Part shown: positions 1 to 8,947 of the stretch, in pieces
How positions within the stretch are numbered: the stretch's first letter is position 1
Layout: each line of letters opens with the position of its first letter
From: Abditibacteriaceae bacterium
GTDB taxonomy: Bacteria > Armatimonadota > Abditibacteriia > Abditibacteriales > Abditibacteriaceae
Direction: 5' to 3'
Assembly: GCA_965277285.1 (NCBI GenBank)
Contig: OZ255721.1
Span: forward strand, 1,248,001 to 1,312,000
DNA: 64,000 nucleotides
Notes under the pieces: generated by a model
What the model saw: the letters and a program-made list of their open reading frames with translations, nothing else
What the model was told of the DNA's origin: nothing
Database searches by the model: none
Position numbers and translations under genes: made by a program

Positions 1-902
1 TCCCAGGCGGCGCTGATTTCGGCGCCCAGCAAAATGATGGAGGAAGAAATATAAAGCCACATCAAGGTCAAGACGACGCCCGCGACGCTGCCATAAACCA
101 GGCCATAGCGCGGCGAAGTGCTGAGGAATCGCGTAAACAAAAGGCGCGCCGCTTCAAAAGCAACGGTCGCAAACAAGGCCGAACCGAAAGCGATGCGGCC
201 TCGACGCCCGTGATCGGCGTTGGGCAAAAAGCGATAAATCGTCCAGAACATGAGCAACGTCAAAAGCAATCTCGCCAGCAGACCGATCAAGTCCCAGGCA
301 CCCGGATAGGCGCCATCGAGTACTCGATTGTTGTCGCTCCAGACGTGCAACGCCGACAAACCAAGCGTGACAATCGTCGAAAGCAACCACAAAACACCTG
401 CACCGACAAAAGTTCCCGACAACACGAGTTGTTGCTGCCACCAGGTGCGCGGCTTGGCCTGCCACCAGATCGAATTGAGAACGCTCGACAACGTATCGAA
501 AAACGCGCGACCGCTCCACAACAACGACGCAATCGAAAACACGCTGACGCCCAGCGCACTCGAACTCGCAATCTTTTGCACTTCGCCCGAAATCAACGTC
601 TGGCTGACGCTCGATGGCAACAAGCCGCCGACGAAATTGAGCAGTTGCGCTTGCAATTCGGGACGACTGGCCAGCGTTTTTCCCAGAATGGCCAGCGCCG
701 CCAGCAAAACTGGAAACAACGACAGCAAGCCGAAAAACGCCATCGCCGCTGCCATCAGCGGGCATTTATCGATGCCCCAGCGTTCACCCAGACGCCAGCC
801 GAACTGAATCAAGCGCGCCAATTGCGGCGCCAGTTCCGCCAGCTTTTGCAAGGGCGGAGGAAGTGTGCTTTTCAAAGTTTCAGTAGACGCGGAAGTGTTC
901 AT
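1..902 (-). CDS. YihY/virulence factor BrkB family membrane protein (3' end runs off window)
   Basis: Hand-translated, not in ORF track: ATG at 902, MNTSAST...KCPLMAAAMAFFGLLSLFPVLL...YGLVYGSVAGVVLTLMWLYISSSIILLGAE, both YihY signature segments. Confidence 0.85.
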   Translation of the reverse strand, partial: MNTSASTETLKSTLPPPLQKLAELAPQLARLIQFGWRLGERWGIDKCPLMAAAMAFFGLLSLFPVLLAALAILGKTLASRPELQAQLLNFVGGLLPSSVSQTLISGEVQKIASSSALGVSVFSIASLLWSGRAFFDTLSSVLNSIWWQAKPRTWWQQQLVLSGTFVGAGVLWLLSTIVTLGLSALHVWSDNNRVLDGAYPGAWDLIGLLARLLLTLLMFWTIYRFLPNADHGRRGRIAFGSALFATVAFEAARLLFTRFLSTSPRYGLVYGSVAGVVLTLMWLYISSSIILLGAEISAAW

Positions 903-929
903 CAGGAAGTTCGAGTACTCGAAAGCCGC

Positions 930-1433
930 TTAATTCAGGCGGAGATTGGGCAGCATCGGCAAATCGGTCACGCCCGAATCATAACCCAATTGCTCCATGA
1001 TCGTCGTCAGTTGGCCGCGGTGATGCGTTTGATGGTTGAACAAATGCGCCACCAGAATCCACAAAGGAAAGGTGAATTCCTCGGGATTCGTCAGTCTCGT
1101 GAAAGTCAACGGCGCTTGCAATTCGTCATTGGAAACCGCAGCGAGCCAGGCATCAATGGCATCGTCGGTCTTAACGCGCTCGGCTTGCATTTCGTCCCAA
1201 TCGTGATAAAGTTCCTGGTCGAGCGATGTGGCGGCAAACGGTCGACCTGTGAAGCGTCCCAGCCACATTCGGTCGCACAACAAAATGTGGTTCAACGTGC
1301 CATGCACCGACTTGAACCACGCGCCACGATCTGCGCGCCGCAATTCGTCTGGCATGGTGCTGCAAACCGCGGACAGTTTTTCGTTCATCCAGCGATTGTA
1401 ACCGCTCATCAATTGAAAATATTCGGTCGTCAT
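930..1433 (-). CDS. DinB family protein
   Basis: YNRWMN...SVHGTLNHILLCD...HLFNHQTHHRGQ DinB motifs; start moved to MTTEY, overlapping the upstream stop (ATGA). Confidence 0.9.
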   Translation of the reverse strand: MTTEYFQLMSGYNRWMNEKLSAVCSTMPDELRRADRGAWFKSVHGTLNHILLCDRMWLGRFTGRPFAATSLDQELYHDWDEMQAERVKTDDAIDAWLAAVSNDELQAPLTFTRLTNPEEFTFPLWILVAHLFNHQTHHRGQLTTIMEQLGYDSGVTDLPMLPNLRLN

Positions 1434-2008
1434 TTTTCTTCTCCACAATCGAGTACTCGATCTTCGGTCACAACGAAATCCATGCGCGCGTCGTGCTTTT
1501 CGCAGGGCACAGTTTCGATGATCTGGCAACTGAAACAAATGCCAATGACAAGAGGTCGCCCTTTCTGGCGCGAGCGTTCCAAAGTTCTGTCATACCAACC
1601 GCCGCCTTGTCCCAAACGATTTCCAGCCATGTCAAATGCCAAACCGGGCACGAGAATTACTTCACATTCATGCGCCGCGATTTTTGTTTCCGAAAGCGGG
1701 ATGCGCCAGCCGCGCGCGTTGGTGCGCACTTTTTCTAAACTTTCCAAGGTGTCGAAACGCGGTTTCAAACCCAATGACGGAACGACAATCGTTTTCATCG
1801 AAAGCCAACGCGCAATCGCCTCATCCAAATTCGCTTCGCGCGCCGTCGCCAAATACGCCGCAATCATCGGCGCCTTTTCGACCGTTTCCAAATTGCCCAA
1901 ACGTTCGCAGATTTCGCGCGACAAAGCGCGTTGTTCTTCGCTGGAAAGCGCATCACGACGAGCGCGCATCTGAGTTCGCAACGCTGTTTTTTGTTCGGAA
2001 ATGTTCAT
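1430..2008 (-). CDS. ygfA: 5-formyltetrahydrofolate cyclo-ligase
   Basis: KTALR N-terminus, ILVPGLAFD..GNRLGQGGGWYDR motif, HD..MD.VVTE. Confidence 0.93.
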   Translation of the reverse strand: MNISEQKTALRTQMRARRDALSSEEQRALSREICERLGNLETVEKAPMIAAYLATAREANLDEAIARWLSMKTIVVPSLGLKPRFDTLESLEKVRTNARGWRIPLSETKIAAHECEVILVPGLAFDMAGNRLGQGGGWYDRTLERSRQKGRPLVIGICFSCQIIETVPCEKHDARMDFVVTEDRVLDCGEEK

Positions 2009-2011
2009 AAT

Positions 2012-2210
2012 TAACCCAAGTTGCCACCTAACTATTGCCTGCGAGTGAACTCGCGGCTCAACCGCCTACGGCTCAACCGCCTACGGCGGCAGCGGCGGCC
2101 TGCGCCGACGCAACATTGAATGCATTCGGGCGTCGGCGCAGTCCAATGCATCGGCGGAAGCACCTACCCAAAGCGCACCCGAGCCGCGAATGAGGTAGCA
2201 ACTTGGGTTA
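2012..2210. mobile_element. MITE-like repeat family A (about 180-220 bp)
   Basis: Terminal inverted repeats TAACCCAAGTTGCCAC...GTAGCAACTTGGGTTA; internal CCTGCGAGTGAACTCGC; close copies at 35185 and 43554. Confidence 0.75.
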
Positions 2211-2503
2211 AGTAATTCAATTTGGCACCTTCGCGCGAAAAGTGTCGATCAAAAGTGTGTCATTCCACGCCTGACCCAAGGGCAACTTGAGTTAGCAAAG
2301 CGAATCGAGTACTCGATTTGAGGACACTCTGGAAGACGCGCGTTGAAGCGGGCGCCAAATTATGTTAACATGACGCACGATTCGCGCCCAAGATATTTTG
2401 TCGGGCGCGCGTTGTTTTCCTTTCGACGTACCGTGAAAGCCGAGAGCGCCCTGCGCTGTTTCGGCTTTTTTGTTGACTGCGAAAGGTATCGAAAACACTA
2501 AAG

Positions 2504-2560
2504 AACTCAAGTTGCTACATGCCTGCGAGTGAACTCGCAGGGCATGTAGCAACTTGAGTT
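2504..2560. repeat. Minimal family-A element (TIRs plus central hairpin)
   Basis: AACTCAAGTTGCTACATGCC TGCGAGTGAACTCGCA GGGCATGTAGCAACTTGAGTT. Confidence 0.75.
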
Positions 2561-2605
2561 GAATAACGAACACGTTGAAACGAAAACGTTTGTGGAGGCG
2601 CGGAA

Positions 2606-3748
2606 ATGGAACGAGGCGCGAATTGTTTAATTATAGTGGCGGGCGCGGCAACTGCCGTCACCAACTCGGCGATTGCCGGTTTGATTGAAGAAGCGGGACG
2701 CGGCGATTACATCGCTGAAATCTGGGGCGCGAGCGCTGGGATCAACGGTTTGCTCGATGGCAAAATGATCGACCTGGGCGCGCAAAAGCGCAAGGTCGTC
2801 GAAGGCTTGCGCCGCACGCCGGGCAGTGTTCTGTCCGGCGCGCATCGAGTACTCGAAGCGGGCGAAGGCGCCGCTTTCATCGAAGCTTTGCGCAAAGAAG
2901 AAATCGGCTCGATTTTCCATTTGGGCGGCTTGTCCGCGCTGGAGTTATCGCACTTCTTTGCGCAGGCCGCGACCGAAGCGAATTACACGCTGAACACGCT
3001 TTACGTGCCTTTGTCGGCGGAAAACGAAGTCGATGCGGGCGATCACAATCCGGGTTATGGCTCGATGGCGCGCTTTGTCGCGTCCGGCGCGCGCGATGCC
3101 GGACGCGCCGCAGCCTCAGGCGAAGAACCGCTGTTGGTTGTCGAAGTCGCTGGCAAAACTTGCGGCTGGGCGGCGGCAGCTTCGGCTTTGGCGCGCGATG
3201 CCCAAAATCCCGCGCCGCACGCCGTGCTGGTTCCCGAAGTCGCCATTGATCTCGAAACCCTGACCGACGAACTGCGCCGCGCTTATCAGAAATGGGGTTA
3301 CACCGTTTGCGTGACCAGCGAAGGCGCCAAATCGACGGACGGACAATCGTTGAACGGCGACGCGCTGCTCGCTTTGATGAGTGAAAAATTGGGTATCGCG
3401 GGTCGTTGCGACCGTCCGGGACAAATGGCGCGCGTGGCGCAATCGGCGATTTCGCGCGCCGATGCCGATGAAGCCTACGCTTTGGGCGAAATGGCGATGC
3501 GTTTGGCCGGCGAAGACACTTCCGGCTACGTCGTAACAGCGGGACGCGACGCGCATTCGGGCGAACGCGGAGATCGCGGCTATCGTTCGGTTGTCGTGAC
3601 GGTTCAGTTGGGTAACGTCACATCCGAACCGCGCTTATTGCCCGCCAATTACATCAATGCCGCTGGCACGCAAATCACCGAAGCCTTTACTGATTGGGCG
3701 CGGCCTTTGGTTGGCGGCGCCTTACCGGAATATATTTCGCTGGCGTAA
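2606..3748 (+). CDS. Phosphofructokinase-family (PPi-PFK-like) protein with degenerate catalytic motifs
   Basis: Overall PFK pattern (TAVTN..AG.I, GINGL, LRRTPG, PGYGS.ARF, EV.G...GW.A, PE, SEG); GGxD, PKTIDND and MGR motifs are altered. Confidence 0.8.
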   Translation: MERGANCLIIVAGAATAVTNSAIAGLIEEAGRGDYIAEIWGASAGINGLLDGKMIDLGAQKRKVVEGLRRTPGSVLSGAHRVLEAGEGAAFIEALRKEEIGSIFHLGGLSALELSHFFAQAATEANYTLNTLYVPLSAENEVDAGDHNPGYGSMARFVASGARDAGRAAASGEEPLLVVEVAGKTCGWAAAASALARDAQNPAPHAVLVPEVAIDLETLTDELRRAYQKWGYTVCVTSEGAKSTDGQSLNGDALLALMSEKLGIAGRCDRPGQMARVAQSAISRADADEAYALGEMAMRLAGEDTSGYVVTAGRDAHSGERGDRGYRSVVVTVQLGNVTSEPRLLPANYINAAGTQITEAFTDWARPLVGGALPEYISLA

Positions 3749-3749
3749 A

Positions 3750-3823
3750 AACGAACCCTCAGCATGAGCGACGGGTCTTGTATTAGGTTGTACAAGACCC
3801 GTCGCTTACGCTCAGGGTTCGTT
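3750..3823. repeat. REP-like inverted repeat family C
   Basis: AACGAACCCTCAGCATGAGCGACGGG...CCCGTCGCTTACGCTCAGGGTTCGTT. Confidence 0.75.
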
Positions 3824-3832
3824 AGAAACACA

Positions 3833-3886
3833 CAAAGCAAGACGCCGTTCGAGTATTATCGAGTACTCGAACGGCGTCTTGCTTTG
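3833..3886. terminator. Hairpin between convergent genes, built on palindrome halves
   Basis: 23-bp arms CAAAGCAAGACGCCGTTCGAGTA / TACTCGAACGGCGTCTTGCTTTG with 8-nt loop. Confidence 0.65.
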
Positions 3887-3933
3887 CGGATCCGGCGATT
3901 CGCTTGAGGCGATACGTCATCGGTGGGTGCAGA

Positions 3934-4194
3934 CTACATCATTTTGCGGTGGTGACGGCGCATCGTGCGATGATGGCGCATCATCATCATGTGGTGGCGG
4001 CGCCACATTCGACGGTGGTGCATCCTCCAGTGATGGTGGCGCATCATGCCCGACATTTCGCGGTCTTCCCTGCGCTCCATACGTTCCATGCGCTGGTGAC
4101 GCGTCATGGCTGAGGCTGGCGTGGAACCGACCACGCTACCCAGTAACATCGCTACGGCCACGCCCAACACGCTCGTACATTTGACGAACTTCAT
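3934..4194 (-). CDS. Small secreted His/Met/Arg-rich protein
   Basis: Purine-rich RBS (AAGGGGG), signal peptide ending ASA, mature part MTRHQRMERM...RHHHWRMHHRRMWRRHHMMMMRHH. Confidence 0.7.
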   Translation of the reverse strand: MKFVKCTSVLGVAVAMLLGSVVGSTPASAMTRHQRMERMERREDREMSGMMRHHHWRMHHRRMWRRHHMMMMRHHRTMRRHHRKMM

Positions 4195-4433
4195 CGTGTC
4201 CCCCTTGCGACTAATCGTCCGCAGTAAAATCGCGCCTTGGGTTTCGACCTTTTTATTGTGCGCGGCTTTGATGCGGTGAACCTCATTATACACGTTTGTT
4301 GGACCGTGCAACGGGTACCGGAAATACGCAAGGCAGCGGTGGCGCCAAAAAGTAAGGGTTCGATAAGAAACGCCATAAAGGATTCGACGAAAACCGAATC
4401 CTTTATGTGTTTATCATCGAAGATGCCAGTTCA

Positions 4434-4646
4434 TTAAAACGGTTGATGGCGTTTGCGCAAACGTTCACGATCTTCTGGCGATTCGAGCCACTGTTCGCTG
4501 TAGCCACAATTCGCGCAAATGAAACGCGTCAAATAAATCGCGCCGATGAAAGTAAAGTTGGTCAGAATCACGTTGGATTCGCTTTGATCCGTCAAGCGCA
4601 AAATGTCGTTGGAACTGCATTTGGGACAAGCGTGCGTATCTTTCAT
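4434..4646 (-). CDS. Small zinc-ribbon protein
   Basis: CPKC...CANCGYSE CxxC pairs; GGAG RBS. Confidence 0.75.
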   Translation of the reverse strand: MKDTHACPKCSSNDILRLTDQSESNVILTNFTFIGAIYLTRFICANCGYSEQWLESPEDRERLRKRHQPF

Positions 4647-4674
4647 CTTCACTCCTTCGAGTACTCGATTGGCG

Positions 4675-6327
4675 TTACTGCACGCGCTTGTATTCGTGCT
4701 TTTTGATCACATCGTTGACGAAAACGCCTTTCGATGCGGCTTTCAGAAAGCGAATGTATTCTTCGGCAGAGACATCGAGATAATCGTAAACGCCGCCGCT
4801 GGCGTACTCGAGGCGCAGGATTTTGCTTTCCACGTCGTAATGCTCGGAAATCACGCTCGTTGAATCGACGCCGTTGCGCTCAGGCTTCAAGAGCGGAAAC
4901 AAAATAACTTCGCGGATGCTGGTGTTGTTGGTCAAAAGCATCACCAGGCGGTCAATGCCGATGCCCAAGCCTCCGGTTGGTGGCAGGCCAAATTGCAAAG
5001 CGCGCACGTAATCGCTGTCGAAACTTTGCGCTTCGACATCGCCGCCGGCTTTTTTGGCAGCCTGTTCGCGGAAGCGCGTTTCCTGATCGAGCGGATCGTT
5101 CAACTCGGAGAACGCGTTGCCGACTTCCTGACCGGCGATGAACAATTCAAAGCGATACGTCAAGCGCGGTTCGTCGGTTTTGCGCTTGGCCAAAGGCGAA
5201 ACTTCCGTCGGAAAATCGAGCACAAAGGTCGGTTCAATCAGCGTGCTTTCGACGTGATTCTCAAAGGCTTCGACGAGCGGTTCGCCCCACAACGTCAGGC
5301 CGATTTTTTCGTGCACCAATTCCTGCATGGTGGCGCGGCGAAACGGCGGCTGAAGATCGAACGAATGTTCGCCAAACATGCATTGCGTTGTGCCGTTCAC
5401 GCGCTCGCCGATGTACGCGATCATTTGCTCGGTCAAACTCATCATGTCGCTGTAATCGGCATACGCCTGATACAATTCCATCATCGTAAATTCGGGATTG
5501 TGGCGCGTGTCAACGCCTTCGTTGCGGAAGTTGCGGTTGATTTCATAAACGCGTTCCAGACCGCCAACCACCAATCTTTTCAGATAAAGTTCGGGCGCGA
5601 TGCGCAGGTACAATTCCATATTGAGCGCGTTGTGATGCGTGATGAAAGGTCGCGCGGCGGCGCCTCCGGCAATCGGCTGCATCATCGGCGTTTCGACTTC
5701 GAGAAAGCCGCGCGCATCCAAAAACTGACGCATTTCGCGCACAATGGCGCTGCGCTTGCGGAACAAAACCGCGATTTCTTCGTTGCCGATTAAATCCGCA
5801 TAACGCTGACGGTAGCGCGTTTCCACGTCGTGCAAGCCGTGATATTTGTCAGGCAAAGGCTGCACGCTGGTCGCCAAAAGCGTGAAATCCTGCAACTGCA
5901 CCGAAACTTCGCCGCGCTTGGTTTTCATCACCAAACCGCGCGCGCCAATGATGTCGCCCGCATCAAGCGACAAGAATTCGTCCATTTTATCAGCGCCCAA
6001 AACGTCCAATTGCGCGATGACCTGGATTTTGCCGTTGTCGTCCCACAAATCGGCGAACGCGATTTTGCCCTGCCCGCGCCGCGTCTTCAAGCGTCCCGCG
6101 ACCGCGACTTGCGTGTTGTCAGTCGATTCAAAGTTGTCGATGATTTCGCGCGAAAGATGCGTGCGGTCGAAGCGCGTTTGCGCAAAAGGATCGCGCCCGC
6201 TTTTCTGTAACTTTTGCAAACGCTCGCGCCGCAAAGCGACGATTTCATTTTCGTCCGATTGAGTACTCGATTTAATGTTTTCTGCGATATTGGAGTTGGT
6301 TTCCGGTGTTTGGTTGGATTGGCTCAT
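4675..6327 (-). CDS. lysS: Lysine--tRNA ligase (class II) with C-terminal KTSC domain
   Basis: [27 protein letters not shown]...[14 protein letters not shown]; tail VDSTSV...YD.ES..L.LEY.SG.VY.Y.DV....Y..FL.A.SKG.F.N. Confidence 0.97.
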   Translation of the reverse strand: MSQSNQTPETNSNIAENIKSSTQSDENEIVALRRERLQKLQKSGRDPFAQTRFDRTHLSREIIDNFESTDNTQVAVAGRLKTRRGQGKIAFADLWDDNGKIQVIAQLDVLGADKMDEFLSLDAGDIIGARGLVMKTKRGEVSVQLQDFTLLATSVQPLPDKYHGLHDVETRYRQRYADLIGNEEIAVLFRKRSAIVREMRQFLDARGFLEVETPMMQPIAGGAAARPFITHHNALNMELYLRIAPELYLKRLVVGGLERVYEINRNFRNEGVDTRHNPEFTMMELYQAYADYSDMMSLTEQMIAYIGERVNGTTQCMFGEHSFDLQPPFRRATMQELVHEKIGLTLWGEPLVEAFENHVESTLIEPTFVLDFPTEVSPLAKRKTDEPRLTYRFELFIAGQEVGNAFSELNDPLDQETRFREQAAKKAGGDVEAQSFDSDYVRALQFGLPPTGGLGIGIDRLVMLLTNNTSIREVILFPLLKPERNGVDSTSVISEHYDVESKILRLEYASGGVYDYLDVSAEEYIRFLKAASKGVFVNDVIKKHEYKRVQ

Positions 6328-6365
6328 AGTGCGGCGCAGTTTAGCAAAAGCGTTCGAGACAAAAG

Positions 6366-6457
6366 AAAAAGAACCCCGAGCGTCAGCGACGGGTGAAACT
6401 TATCGATCCCTTATGGCTGATAAGTTTCACCCGTCGCTGACGCTCGGGGTTCTTTTT
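6366..6457. repeat. REP-like inverted repeat family C
   Basis: GAACCCCGAGCGTCAGCGACGGGTGAAACTTATC...GATAAGTTTCACCCGTCGCTGACGCTCGGGGTTC. Confidence 0.8.
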
Positions 6458-6475
6458 GTCTCGAGTACTCGATTG

Positions 6476-7477
6476 TTAGCGCGGGCGGAAGGAATCGACA
6501 ACGGAGGAAGCACCGGAGGCGCGATTTGTTCCACTATAGATCATGCCGTAGACTTTGGAGCCGCGTGCCACAACAATCATTCGCGTCCCAACTTCACCCA
6601 GCATAGCAACACCGGCTTTTGGAGTAACCAAGACGCCGTTTAAACCTGCCAAACTGGCTCTGGAGACAGAAATGTCGTTTGGGTTGATGTGCGTAGCATT
6701 GCTAAACCCTGCAGTAAACCCCTTGGCAAAAGCCTGCAATGTCATGTAACGTTCCACATTCAAGCCGTTAGGCATGTTCATCGAGAAAAATCTAATAAGT
6801 GCCGTTCCTTTTATAGGACGTAGCTCATCAGCAAATACAGTGAAAGTTTGCCCCGGGGATTGCCCAGAAATATCTCTACGCAGCGCTCGCGTCCGCTGCC
6901 AATTCGACGGCAGCAAAACACTCGAGACGCCATCAGCCAGAATGATACGTTGCGCGCGAGTGGAACGATTGATGGTTGTGGCATCCGAGCCGCCGCTGGA
7001 CGGTTCGGGATTGTTGCGCGCATCGGCAACCGCCATCTGATGAATGTCTAATCCATAAGCCGAACCGTATTCAGGAGCGGGCGCATAACCGGCTTCCTGC
7101 GCGTCTTGCGCCGAAGCGAAACCGATGATTTGTCCAGGCGGCGCCATCAACATTTCGCGCGCGAACGGCGGATAATAATACGGATCGTTGGGCGTTGTGA
7201 CGACGCGCCATGTCGTGCCGAGTTTGTAGCGGTCATCGCCCAGATAATGGCGAATCCAGCCCGGCGGCGGATAATATTTCAGGGCGTGCGCCTGACGAAC
7301 CGAAGGCGAAATCACCGGGCCGCGCGAGATTCTGTCCGCATCGGCGCGAAAAGCACCCGACAAAAGCACGCCGCACACCAGGACGCCGCAAAGCGTGGTT
7401 CCACAAAGCGTGCGAAAAACAGCGCCAGACAATTTCCTTGGGGCAGCAACGGCACGTTTCGACAACGTGATCTTCAT
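6476..7477 (-). CDS. Hypothetical exported protein (paralog of upstream gene)
   Basis: GAGGAG RBS before MKITLSK; hydrophobic leader; shares a ~70-aa domain with 7560..8801. Confidence 0.7.
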   Translation of the reverse strand: MKITLSKRAVAAPRKLSGAVFRTLCGTTLCGVLVCGVLLSGAFRADADRISRGPVISPSVRQAHALKYYPPPGWIRHYLGDDRYKLGTTWRVVTTPNDPYYYPPFAREMLMAPPGQIIGFASAQDAQEAGYAPAPEYGSAYGLDIHQMAVADARNNPEPSSGGSDATTINRSTRAQRIILADGVSSVLLPSNWQRTRALRRDISGQSPGQTFTVFADELRPIKGTALIRFFSMNMPNGLNVERYMTLQAFAKGFTAGFSNATHINPNDISVSRASLAGLNGVLVTPKAGVAMLGEVGTRMIVVARGSKVYGMIYSGTNRASGASSVVDSFRPR

Positions 7478-7559
7478 AAAACTCCTCGCGCAAAAGCGGG
7501 AATGAACGGCGACTTCGAGTACTCGATTTGCTATTTCAGCAACAAATTTCGCAGCCAAA

Positions 7560-8801
7560 TCAACGATTCAAACTGGCTGCGTTCTGCTGAAAACGATTGT
7601 ATGTGCCCATGCGAGGTTCCTGACCGCTGCCATTGGTCGGCGCATCGGGATTAGTTGGATTAATGGCACCTGGCGGCGGATAACTCGATGGCGTGCCTGG
7701 CGCTCCTGACATACCTGGTGCGCCTGACCCGCCTTGCATTCCTGGTGCTCCGGTTGTTGGAGTAGTCACAGCGGGCACCAACACGATGCGCGAGCGCGTT
7801 CCAATCACGGTTGTTGGGAAAGGCCCTTCGCCCAGCAACGCCAAAACAACACGATTGACGGTGCGCGAGGTTAAGGAGCGCGTTTCGCGGCGGCTGCGCA
7901 CAGCACGCGCGACACTGCTTACGTAATCGACGCTGCTATCGAACTGTTGGGGCGACATTTGTCCGGCGTAAGCGGCTTCAATGAAGCGCATGGCGCCATC
8001 GCTGTGCGTCAAAGACGCCAATTGCAAAACGCGCGGCGCCGGTTCGGGCTTGGAAACCGGATCGGGACGCAAACCCGCGATCATCGCGTCCTGCCAAGAT
8101 TTGAAACCGACCACGCGATTGAAGCGACGAATCGCGCGCGGCGAAGTGGCCAACAAGCGCAACATCTCCGGTGAGTTGGGGCGATAATAGTAGCGCACGG
8201 GATATTCGCCGCGATCATCTTCAATAGTGACGAAGTTCCACGCGTGTGTAGCGAACTTATAGCGATCCGACTGCACGTAATAGGACAGCCAGCCGCGCGG
8301 CGGAAGCGGATATTTGGCAATCGGTCGGCGATATGGAGCGCGACGCAAACGGGCGCCGTAATAAGGCCGACGGAGCGTTCCATGCGATTGCAATTCGCGC
8401 ACGAAATCAATGCCGCGCATATCGCTCCAGTGAAACGGTTCTTCCGGTATCACTGCCGCCGCATTGCCCGCGCCAGCGCCGCCGGGCGCATTCGCATTGG
8501 GAAAACCGGATGGACTGGACGGGCTTGAACCGCCACTTGAACCATTGGAACCGCCGCGCGCCGCGTCATTAAAATTGGTCGGATCGCTGCCGCCCGGAAT
8601 GCCAGACGATGGCGGCAAACCGCGTAAATAGGAGCTGGCCGAAGTCGACATTCCGCCGCCACCGCTATCCAGCGTGCTGCCCATCGACGAAGCCGCACTG
8701 GTTTCGCCCAGCGTTTGCGCTTCCAACGGCGCGCTCATTCGAGTACTCGAAACTGCGATTCCCAAAACGACTACGGCACCAACGCCCCAATTTCGACGCA
8801 T
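7560..8801 (-). CDS. Hypothetical exported protein with G/S/P-rich termini
   Basis: GAGGTG RBS, signal peptide, extended -10 TGTTAGAAT upstream on the minus strand. Confidence 0.75.
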   Translation of the reverse strand: MRRNWGVGAVVVLGIAVSSTRMSAPLEAQTLGETSAASSMGSTLDSGGGGMSTSASSYLRGLPPSSGIPGGSDPTNFNDAARGGSNGSSGGSSPSSPSGFPNANAPGGAGAGNAAAVIPEEPFHWSDMRGIDFVRELQSHGTLRRPYYGARLRRAPYRRPIAKYPLPPRGWLSYYVQSDRYKFATHAWNFVTIEDDRGEYPVRYYYRPNSPEMLRLLATSPRAIRRFNRVVGFKSWQDAMIAGLRPDPVSKPEPAPRVLQLASLTHSDGAMRFIEAAYAGQMSPQQFDSSVDYVSSVARAVRSRRETRSLTSRTVNRVVLALLGEGPFPTTVIGTRSRIVLVPAVTTPTTGAPGMQGGSGAPGMSGAPGTPSSYPPPGAINPTNPDAPTNGSGQEPRMGTYNRFQQNAASLNR

Positions 8802-8947
8802 AAATTCACCTCGTGAAGTAGGCTTATTCTAACAGAAGGAGGCAGCCGCAGAAAGCAGAAGGCAGCCCGGGCACAGAACATTCCAACGACACAGTTGAAA
8901 CTTCGAGTACTCGGACTGCCTTCTGCTTTCCGCCGCTGCTTCCTGGT

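Noticed and set aside
210..1973. 587-aa plus-strand ORF and similar long ORFs (4993..5793, 8951..9928, 17018..17953, 25231..26160, 5' part of 61741..62994)
   Set aside because: Antisense shadows of recognisable genes on the other strand
2212..2500. Possible 6S RNA upstream of ygfA
   Set aside because: The synteny is known from other bacteria, but I cannot fold a convincing rod with a central bubble; needs an Rfam scan
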